The translations under genes and the position numbers were made by a program. From Phoronis australis (Eukaryota; Animalia; Phoronida), in the NCBI GenBank assembly GCA_002633005.1, contig NMRA01000020.1:826803-890802 (forward strand): a stretch of DNA of 64,000 nt, read 5' to 3'. How positions within the stretch are numbered: the stretch's first letter is position 1; every line of letters begins with the position of its first letter. Below are positions 14,501-25,100 of the stretch, in pieces. The notes beneath the pieces are model-generated. The model was not told the DNA's origin. It worked only from the letters and a program-made list of their open reading frames with translations, and did no database searches.

Positions 14501-14658
14501 CTGTTGCAGGAAACACACCTGAAATCTGAAAAGCAACATTTCTCAGAAAAAAGCCGAACTCTGAAGTTTCTGAAGAGCTTTCTGTAAATGAAAACAATTT
14601 GGCTATGGGAAAATGTTCATTTCACTAATTAACTGAACGGACTAAACAGAAAGGAAAT

Positions 14659-16808
14659 GTAAAAATTGCAACAACTAAACATTTTATCAACTTATGAATA
14701 ATGAGAACAAAAAATTAATAATTTACGGACGACATTTAAAAATATTGTTGTTGAAGAAAAATAAGAATACCATACTCTATATGAAACGTGAACAAATTAA
14801 TCAAACTATTCAAGCGTAAAAATAAGTTCCTCGGTTATTTAGACTTAAAGTCATCTATATAGGCCAGATTCTTCTGCATTTTTATCAAACTTGTGCAGTA
14901 CTACAATATTGTAATTAGTGTCATAATTGTTCATTTGTTTGGGTTTGCTTTGGTCTATTCGTCTGCCTGTCATCGCTCAAAAATCAGTCGGACCCTGTGT
15001 TGGTGCCAGCCAGGAATAACATGGTTTTCAAATTGGTCTTGTTATCTCTTAGTTTATTAAGTTGTTCTCTTTATTGAATAACTGTTCATTTTGGATTTAC
15101 GTTTACGTTAGCACAACAAAAGATTTCAGATATGTTTCTGTCAACTTGTTTTGTTTTCTGTCGAGTAACTTCTACGGTCCAACCAGCCTGAGTATCCATG
15201 GGATGTAGGCCTACTGCTCATTTTTGTATGTTGATGTCGTCACGGTAGACCAAGTCACCCGATCAAGTTAGCGTTGATCGGGTGACTTACTTGGGGTGAA
15301 AAGATTTTAATAATAGTTGTACAATAGTAGTTCCATCCATTCATGTGTGGAGTAAGGGTCTGATGTGCCTGTCATCAATTAGCCTGGTGCTTATTGTAGT
15401 TACAGTGGCGGATCTACGTTTTCAGTAAGGGGGGGGGCTTAGGATTCCCGGTCGAATCCGAGGCGTGTGGCGCCGAGCGGGGGCGGAGGTCGGAGGGGGT
15501 AAACCCCCATCCCTTGTAAGACAACTTTTTGTTTTTGTAGCCAAACCGAGTGAAATTGTGGTGTGTATACAGGGGTTTAGACAACAACCAAATATTCAAG
15601 AGCATAACGAGCACCGACGGGGCGTAAAAACTTGAATATCAGATGATCGCAACAGCCTCAAGCTGTTTAAGAACGAAGACCTGTACTGTTAGTGCGGAAA
15701 TAAACATGTGTTCTGTCTCGTTACGAGAAAANAGGTAAAAATTGCAACAACTAAACATTTTATCAACTTATGAATAATGAGAACAAAAAATTAATAATTT
15801 ACGGACGACATTTAAAAATATTGTTGTTGAAGAAAAATAAGAATACCATACTCTATATGAAACATGAACAAATTAATCAAACTATTCAAGCGTAAAAATA
15901 AGTTCCTCGGTTATTTAGACTTAAAGTCATCTATATAGGCCAGATTCTTCTGCATTTTTATCAAACTTGTGCAGTATTACAATATTGTAATTAGTGTCAT
16001 AATTGTTCATTTGTTTGGGTTTGCTTTTGTCTATTCGTCTGCCTGTCATCGCTCAAAAATCAGTCGGACCCTGTGTTGGTGCCAGCCTGGAATAACATGG
16101 TTTTCAAATTGGTCTTGTTATCTCTTAGTTTATTAAGTTGTTCTCTTTATTGAATAACTGTTCATTTTGGATTTACTTTTACGTTAGCACAACAAAAGAT
16201 TTCAGATATGTTTCTGTCAACTTGTTTTGTTTTCTGTCGAGTAACTTCTACGGTCCAACCAGCCTGAGTATCCATGTGATGTAGGCCTACTGCTCATTTT
16301 TGTATGTTGATGTCGTCACGGTAGACCAAGTCACCCGATCAAGTTAGCGTTGATCGGGTGACTTACTTGGGGGTGAAAAGATTTTAATAATAGTTGTACA
16401 ATAGTAGTTCCATCCATTCATGTGTGGAGTAAGGGTCTGATGTGCCTGTCATCAATTAGCCTGGTGCTTATTGTAGTTACAGTGGCGGATCTACGTTTTC
16501 AGTAAGGGGGGGGGCTTAGGATTCCCGGTCGAATCCGAGGCGTGTGGCGCCGAGCGGGGGCGGAGGTCGGAGGGGGTAAACCCCCATCCCTTGTAAGACA
16601 ACTTTTTGTTTTTGTAGCCAAACCGAGTGAAATTGTGGTGTGTATACAGGGGTTTAGACAACAACCAAATATTCAAGAGCATAACGAGCACCGACGGGGC
16701 GTAAAAACTTGAATATCAGATGATCGCAACAGCCTCAAGCTGTTTAAGAACGAAGACCTGTACTGTTAGTGCGGAAATAAACATGTGTTCTGTCTCGTTA
16801 CGAGAAAA
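14659..16808. repeat. ~1075-bp tandem duplication (14659-15731 / 15735-16808), probable uncollapsed haplotype overlap
   Basis: Copies differ by about 6 substitutions and 1 indel and are joined at a single N (15732). Confidence 0.85.
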
Positions 16809-19007
16809 ACTCAAGTGGCGAACGATGGTGCTCTCAGCTATTATTAAATGCGACAAAAACAATTAAGTAACACTTTATTAAGCTGAATCACGTTGACAAC
16901 AATTGAAAAACGTCAAATGTATCAAGAAACAAATCATCTGCCGTGAAAACAGTTTCACGAAACCAAAACACTCTGTAGGCCTACTCCGTGGTGAACAGAA
17001 ATGCAGGAGCAGTTCACAGAGGGGCCAGATGTACACTTAGAGTACACAAAAACTCTGGCCTGGTCCGTCACGATACCAAAAGTACACCTGTTCTTATTAT
17101 CCCTATAAAATAGTCGATTTGTCGCTGGAACAAACAGTTCTGGCTGAGATAAATAGTTTTACAAACCACACTTTGGTAAAAGCATCACAAGACTAGTTCG
17201 CCGAGGGACCAGAAGTACACTGAAACTCGATATCTACACAAATCAAGCTGGCCTGGTCCGTCGCGAGACCTGAAGTGTGCTTTGCAAAAAAAGTTTGAAT
17301 TGAAAACTTCTTTCTAGACACTTTTTAATCCCCAGTGGATGCTCATACGTGTAGTTCACACAGCTGGTGGTCAACTGCTGCGAGAGGTTGTCTAGGAAGG
17401 GTTTTCGCACCGTTCTGTAGTACTCACTGGAAGAAACAAGTATTGAGTACAGATTTAACTACGCACTACGTGAAATAAGAATTTGGATATGAAGCAGATA
17501 GACTCAAGTGGAAATACAAACCAGAATCAGTTTCTGTGCACTCGTAGACCCTCTGCTGTACTGGGTAAATTTGACTTGTACAAAAATAATTTCTATTTCG
17601 TTTTCATTGTACACAAGCATAAAAAAAGGACATTATTACAAACTGTGTATAATTTTAACTTATTACCTGGGTGTTTCTCCTGGAACGTTGGTCCTATCTT
17701 TCTGTTGTCTAGACTGCCGAGGAATCTGTACATCGGATCCAATGGTTTGCTGCTCTTGGAACCATTCTACCCAGACGTCTTCGACGTTTGTTCCCAACGC
17801 TTGCACTTCGTCAACTGCTGTGCCAATGAGCTTGTACGCCTCTACATTGTCAGCATCTCGTATTGCAACTCAGTTGGCACTAAGCCCCCTGAGATAACCA
17901 AGTCCATTCAAATGACTTACAGCATGCGCAACTAAATCCGATCCGTTCATCATGGACTACTTCAAACCTTGACGATGTATCCCAGGACCCATTTGCATTT
18001 CTTGCAATTTTAGAAATAAACGTCCCAATGTCTGAACGCTTTAAACCCGAAGTACTAACATCAAATAAATGCCCATGGACATGGGCGTTTCTTCGGGTGG
18101 GCTTTCTTCGGAAATTCCCAGTATAGAAAACGGCAGTGGTGCTTATTGCAGGTAAAAATACGGTAGGTGTTGAGGTCGGCACTAGGGCTCCTTAGGCTGC
18201 CCGTTGAACATCGCAAGACTTTGTTGTGAAAATACAGCCTCCCCGCAATTTCTGGTACTGTACACTGTTCGCGAATGCGGTCTCTTTGTCAATGTGAGTG
18301 CCCCCTTGGTCAGAGTCCTTGTATAGACATAACTTGTTAGAGTGCATCTTCAAACAGACTCGCGACTAGACCACGGCGCAGGCCACAATAGCAATTCTTC
18401 GGAAAACGAATTTTTTTTTTCAAATATTACATGTACATGTACACTGTTTGATATTGCGCAAGACCGAACTTCACTATGCATCAGTCAAATTCGAGTTACA
18501 AACGTGTGGGGTGTAATAGGATGACTGGACATGGCATGACAGATGAGGTAAAAAAGGTTGCACGTCAATTCGCCTGAATATCAGGGTTGCGGCACCACAG
18601 TGTTTTCCCTAATCAAATCAAAACATATCTCAGAGTAAAGAAACTAGTAACCTAAAGAAATCAGCTATAGAGTTGCTCTTTCAGCGGTGGGTCCATCTAA
18701 GATGCTTGGCTACTTCAGAAGTGTCGACGGAATTAAGCGCGCGTACAATTGATCTCCGGGGTTTTGCCGATGAGCCACGAAGACTGGCTCGAAATGCATT
18801 GATTTTCATAACAGCAATTCACAATGCAAAAAATATATTTTCAGAGTGAACCCCCCCCCCCCNNNNNNNNNNNNNNNNNNNNNNNNNNNNNNNNNNNNNN
18901 NNNNNNNNNNNNNNNNNNNNNNNNNNNNNNNNNNNNNNNNNNNNNNNNNNNNNNNNNNNNNNNNNNNNNNNNNNNNNNNNNNNNCCCCCCCCGTAGATCC
19001 GCCACTG
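16480..19007 (-). mobile_element. defective hAT-superfamily DNA transposon with 16-bp TIRs and 5-bp TSD
   Basis: TIRs CAGTGGCGGATCTACG (16480) / CGTAGATCCGCCACTG (18992-19007); AGTTA on both flanks; internal transposase relic; N gap 18863-18984 lies inside. Confidence 0.7.
17663..18030 (-). pseudogene. hAT transposase fragment (P52rIPK/THAP12/ZMYM1-like), disrupted
   Basis: Manual translation: ...GLGYLRGLSAN*VAIRDADNVEAYKLIGTAVDEVQALGTNVEDVWVEWFQEQQTIGSDVQIPRQSRQQKDRTNVPGETPR*, resembling the LS-LQ...D+V-A...PR...RQ..R-N-P-TP segment of these transposases (recognised from memory); in-frame stop, with a frameshift to the upstream ARNANGSWD segment. Confidence 0.7.
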
Positions 19008-20496
19008 AGTTAGATATTGTTTATGATAAGGGTCTGAAAATTTTTAGACCAGGCGAACAATGACTGTTCATGTATACGAACAGTCGACTGATGTTTGAAA
19101 GAACTTTGAGGCAAATTTTGTTAACTTAATATGCGGCAGCAGTTTTCGTTCACCGGCAAGCACTGCCTGTCATCGGAATCAATGAGCTATATCCATCTTA
19201 TTGTTTGGAACATAGACATCATATTATTATTATGTCTATAGGTTGGCGGCCATCCGGCGCACATGCACTGATTCTTCGTTCAGACACCACGTCGCCAGGG
19301 GTCCTTGCTGTAGACAAACAGGAAATGATAAGTGTTGGGTTAACCAGGAAAGTCCTGCGTGATAACCCGTTGATAACAAAAGAATGTCACGATTTTAACA
19401 GGACGGAGTTGGATCGGTGAAGTCAGTTTCTGTGCATATAAATTTGAGTAAGTTCTTTACTGAACTAGAACTGCTAGGCTATACCGAGGGGACCGAAGAC
19501 GGTGTGGCGCAGGGAAGGGTTTGCAGTGGGCAATTCATCAAGTCTGTGACTGGGGCCCCAGTTGTGCGGGTCTCGTAGGCCTACCACCAGTACCACAGAG
19601 CTGAGTGGTCAGTTATCTGTACAACAGCGTAACTAAACATCGGTAGTGGTAAACACCGGTGCGGTTCTAGTAAAACTCTGAAAATGAAAGCTTTGTACTT
19701 GAAGTCAAGGTACTATTGACTGTTGGTTTTCGATTGTGAAACCAAAAGGCATTTACAACACAAGTTGCCCGCGTGAAATGTGCCGTAATAATTACTCTTG
19801 GTGTAAGCTGTATAACTATTTTGACACTTGTCTTCTTAGACTTCATACAGATAGCAGACAGCGTGGGCAAAAAACTGACAACTGGTTTGCTAACCTTAAA
19901 ATCTGCCCCCCTGCCTTCTAAGAAACCATCTAGCTTCACACTGCTAACGTTATCATTACCTGGAGATTAACATGTGTAATCAGGTGTGAGAGTGTCATTA
20001 ATAAAGATGTTTGTAAACACTGGGGGGAGGGGGGGGGGCAACAATTAAATTTTCATTTTGAAAGTTTTTAAACTGCATAGTTCGTGAAACATATACGTGG
20101 TTAGTTGTTTGAATTTTGAAGAAATATGCCTTTTATAACCTCAATCTAGAAAGATGTCCACAGCCAGTATTTTGAATTTTGTCTCGTTAATTCTGCTGGC
20201 CAGCTTCATAATGGACCAACTTCCGTGTTATAAATCTGCTGTAGGAAATTGAAGAAAGCCAAGTGCAATCCGGCAATTCTGAGCATGGATAATTTTCAGT
20301 TGTAAAAGCAGTGCATGCATGTGTGGTTGGGTGTAATTTTGGGTAATTGTTCTTGCCAACCAGCTTCAGGTGATAATGGCTATCATTGTTGCTGATTCCT
20401 ATAAGTACCAGTAGAGGTGGTGAAGTATCGAGTTCACAATTCACATTTCTTCAAAAATTCACAAATCATGGCTGATAATTGTTCCTTTTAAAAAGA

Positions 20497-20685
20497 AATA
20501 ATGATTGCAGGCTGTCTGGTACACGTTGTACCAGACGTGTGCAGGCAGCGCATGTGAGCCCATTGTACTGATTACCTGGAATGATTTTGTGCTTTATTAA
20601 TATATGGTTAAAACCGAGCTGAGGAGCTAGAAACCTGGCTCAAGGGTAGACCTAGCAGTTTGGCCATGCAGTGGGACTCGAACAA
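20497..20685 (-). mobile_element. tRNA-derived SINE fragment
   Basis: Minus-strand B-box GTTCGAGTCCC (plus strand gggactcgaac); body shared with 45841-45988 (aaaaccgagctgaggagctagaaacctg). Confidence 0.55.
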
Positions 20686-21982
20686 CTTCATCTAATTGAC
20701 TCTGAAAGTGACTCAAGTTATTCCCAGTCATATTTAAAGTGATTGCTTGATAAAATAAATTTCTTTTCTACTCTTGACAGTTGAAAATTGTTATTTTTAA
20801 AATGGCCACTTGTAACGCTTAAAATGACAAAAACATGCATAAATTTCTCAAACATCGATTTTGATGTATCTTTTTTAATTTGCACAACTAAATAACTCTT
20901 TGCATAATGAGATTCAGTTGGCATCTGGTAAGTGACCAAAAAATTATTTTAGACCGTAACACAGTCAACTCTCGAATATGGACCTTGATCGTGATTTAGC
21001 CGTATGTAATGGGAATCTGATATCAGTGCTTCTGAGCACGTGTAACCCCATTACCCATTCTTGATATTGTGGAATAAGTTCCAGTATCGACTTAGGACTT
21101 TTTCAAGATCTCTGAAATTGGGCTTGAGCTTAGGGTGCTACTGTTTTTCTCAAAACATTGCCTTAAACCATTGTCAGAAAATCACCTTTTTGTATGAAAC
21201 CTGCATATTCTGCTTATTAGCTGCAAGAATTCTGCATTTTTCCTCAAAAGTTGTTTAATCAAAGAGAGCCCAAAACTTTTCCTGTAAATGTTGTATTCTT
21301 TGTAATTTGTCTGTCAAGCTCAGAGTCTAAAAAGCCTTAACAACGAGCTTTTATTACATGGACTCAGGCTGTACCAGTTGTGGGGAAATGTAGTTGACGT
21401 ATATTTGGATTCTCTTAGAAAATTGTATTCACATAGCTTCAGATAACTAGGCGTATTTTTCATGCTCAAAAGTTCTGTAAGTGTTAGTAGTTTTTTTCGA
21501 GTAAGTTTGAGAAACATTAAATTTAAGTTTTTACCCCTGCCTGCTTATTTAGTTGTTTCGCTGACAAGGATAAGTCATCAACTATCAATCTGTTTTTTAT
21601 TTGATTTTTTAAATACATTTATTTATTGTATTCACAACCATAAACTTACAGAAGAAACAATATAAATATTACTAACCCCTGCAGCCGGGGTGTAAATACG
21701 CAAAATTAACATATTTTAATAAAGAACATGCACAGGAATCGACTATAGTCGCAAGTGTAATTATTAGATTGTTATACAAAAAGTCCTTCTACAGGGATCC
21801 ATGTTTTTCTACAAATGTTCATAATTCAGGCTGTTATTTTATAGTAAATTACCTTTGCAATTATCACTCTTGATGCTGTCATCATGTTTCACAGTAATGA
21901 ACTGTCTCTGATGATAAACCGACCAGAGTTAATGAAGGTTACCGTTTTCTTTGTTGCTGTAGTTCACTTATGAAATCAAAGC

Positions 21983-22128
21983 ATGACTTCAACGGTAGTG
22001 ACACCCTTCCTCCATAAAGGGATAAGTCGTCTTAAGGCAGAGCAGTTGTTACTGGAAGCTAAGGAAGATGGGAGTTTCCTCGTGCGAGATAGTGAGTCAG
22101 TGACAGGGGCGTACACCCTTTGTATTCT
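21983..22128 (+). CDS. INPPL1: SHIP exon 1 (SH2 N-half)
   Basis: MTSTVVTPFLHKGISRLKAEQLLLEAKEDGSFLVRDSESVTGAYTLCIL; in-frame TGA at 21971 upstream; donor GTGAGT. Confidence 0.9.
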
Positions 22129-25100
22129 GTGAGTACCTCATTCAATTTATTAAATGCAGAGTTAAGCACTGTACAACTTGAATTCCATATCTCGAGTACT
22201 GATAATCCGTAAGAGTTGACATGTATGCATTTTCAGAAGGATTCAAGAAGTTCAACGTATTTGCGTTCACTAGTGGCAATTTTGATTCCTTTGCAGTCTG
22301 TTCTTGGTGCCCGCCTCTGTCTGCCTAACTTCTCAAATGATCATTGTAGTAGGTTCTCCGACTGTTTGTGACAAGAGCTTTCTGTTGTTAGTATATTCCT
22401 GTTTATTTGCCAGTCTGCTTTTCTATCTAGACATCAGGGGAGAGTGTACCAGTACAGGATATTGACGGATGACAGTAAGAAGTTGACTATCCAGGTACAG
22501 TTCATGAAGCACTTAACTTTGTGTTCAACTTGGTTGTTAAGTACTAGTTCATGGATCCACCGATCATGCTTCAGCCAACAAGCAACAAGGTGGGGGGTTA
22601 CCATTCAAAATCATGTTTTGTTTGATAGATCACATTAGGGTTGAGAGAAAATGGGTAAAGTATGGCACCAGGGTACTCTCCTTGGGGGAAAATGAGTTGA
22701 TTTCTAATCTATGCGGAATTAACCACCTTCTGTTCCAGAACGATTTTTTTCTAAACTTCTTTGAGATTATGTGATAGGTACATGACCATAATTGTAAACA
22801 AAATGACACTGATACCTCAAAATCAGTTGCCTTGAAAACACCAGGTTTCTTTTAGTGGAGGTACATTTCATGTACTTGAAAAACTGGCAGTACTGTATAC
22901 CAGACTAATATCTGATCTACCCCCACAAAACAACAGAAAAATTTTATAATTTTGAACATGTAGAGAACTCACAATTTTAACGTGTATGCAAAATGTAGGA
23001 AATGATGCGACTCCTTTCAAGCCACACAGACATCTATACTCAGTCAATATTGTACTCCACCAATGCCATGAATTATGCAGCGATTATTAACAGAAGTAAA
23101 CTTGACTAATAATTTTTAAACTCTCAGGGACACGCAAACATGGTTGACTACTTATTGTAATAGGAAGCTGAATTAGCTGTTTCACCATGTCTCATTGAAT
23201 GTTAAGGCAACACTATGTTTGATGAATGGTGGCTGATCTTTTGTTTGCTAATTTCTCTGGCCCTGCTAGCTGCCTTGATTGTGGATTTTTTTTCAAATTA
23301 TCAGAAGAGACAACTTTAAAAGTAACACTTAAAAATATAAGGGATTTAGGGAGATATTTGAGGAGGTTGAAAGTAAAAGAAAGTGACATGAAAGGCGAGG
23401 TGGAACTTATTCTCTTGTTGAGATGTGGTGTGTCTGATTCAGCAGCGTAAGATATCAGGAGGTTTTGCTGCAGGATCTAGATTCTGTTATTTGTCCCTGT
23501 CACTGATAAAACCTTGATGTGTACTCACAATACGATACAAATTGTCACCCAGGCGACAATATGTGTCGAGTACGACAACACATGTCACAATTACAAGGGA
23601 TTCGAAATCAAGTTGGAAAATTTAACTGTAACCTCTTTCACTGGGGTGAGCGTATTCGATTTGTTTGCAAAAGGGAGCCATGTACAATATGTTGGGGAAT
23701 ATTCAGAAAGGACTAGTTCAACTGCAAAATAATCTCTTGCAAAACATGAAGAAATATCAAAAAGTGGCTGTTAATACATGTTGTCAAAGCCATCAGAGGC
23801 ATTTGAAAGAACGTTTGAGGTGTCAAAATACGCAACTAACTGGTTGTCTGACATTGTTATATTTTATATGATAAACATTGACTAATAGGTAATATTATTT
23901 AGGTCAAGTTTCATTTTTAGTGGGGGGTGCAAGATGAGGTGTAGAAGTGCAAATAACATCAGTTTGAAATGGTGTTTGGGGGGTAGTGTAGTGATACTAC
24001 CAAATACATGGGTGATGAGTCACTGTTTGTTTTAGGATATTTAAATATTAATCCATTGTCATCCCTAAACAATGTCAAATGACGAGTAGTTCATCAACTC
24101 TCACCCAAGAAATGAATACAAAGTTCGAAATCAACAATTTTTGAGGTGTGAAAGCATGGCTTCAGTGCCATAAAAGTCGTTATTTCTTATAACATGTGTG
24201 AAATGCAATAATTTTCATGAGAAATATTTTACCACTCGTTATAGATCCCTTAGAACTATCTGTGTGCCAAATTTGGTGGAATTGGCTGACCCCCACATTG
24301 TCGCTGGATGGCTGGTGCTCTCGTGGACTAGTACTTAAAAATCAATATTCTCTAGAATTGGTAAATAAAGCTTTGCCAACCTTTTTCCAACTGCCTGTCA
24401 ACTCCTGCCAGTGAGGAATGAGGTTACCACAGTGATTGCATGGTTCTGTGATTACCTGTGAGTAAATTGGTATTAGAACTTGCAAAGGATTCAGTCTTTA
24501 ATTTATCCCCCTTGCTCTTGTACAGACAAGAGACTCGGATGGCCAGGAGAAGAGACGTTACTGTGACCTTGCCCAGCTGGTACACGAGTACAAACAGAGA
24601 GGCGAGTCTAACAGTCTGGTTTGTGCCCTGGGTAGGTCTATAGAGGCCAAGAAGGAAGAACATGAGCCAGACTCTGGTAAGTAGCTTGACGGTACAGTAA
24701 GTGTCTCTATCATTGGTCAATAGAGGCAAACATAAAAATATCAAAATTAAACTTTATAATAGGTTGCCTGTCAGTAGAGGTGATGGAAAGGGTAATCTCT
24801 GCTTAAGTTTGACTTTTAGAGACCAATTAAGAAAATGAAGAACGATGAAGTTGGCAAGTGTAAAGGTGTGCACCGATGGCAGGTTTGTAGCGGCCCAAAA
24901 GAAAGCTAGAATCAGATTGTTGTAAATAGACTTCGAAGGAATTCTGCATTATTCCGGCTTTACTGGGAAGTCTCAGTTTGGGTGGACCTGCAGAGACCAG
25001 GAAGAGAGAACAGACATTATTAGACTTTGGTTTGTGTAACTGGTAGGTACTGGGTAAACATGACTAGGTGTCAAAATGAGAACTTTTATCTTTTGATAAG

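Noticed and set aside
17483-17935. 150-aa and 129-aa plus-strand ORFs
   Set aside because: Antisense shadows of the minus-strand hAT transposase relic
18863-18984. N run flanked by poly-C (also 51773-51796, in a G-rich context)
   Set aside because: Assembly gaps, not biology
19200-19970. Coding-like GC-richer sequence with 60-90 aa ORFs (MKLDGFLE...)
   Set aside because: Possibly another TE relic, but no motif I can identify with confidence
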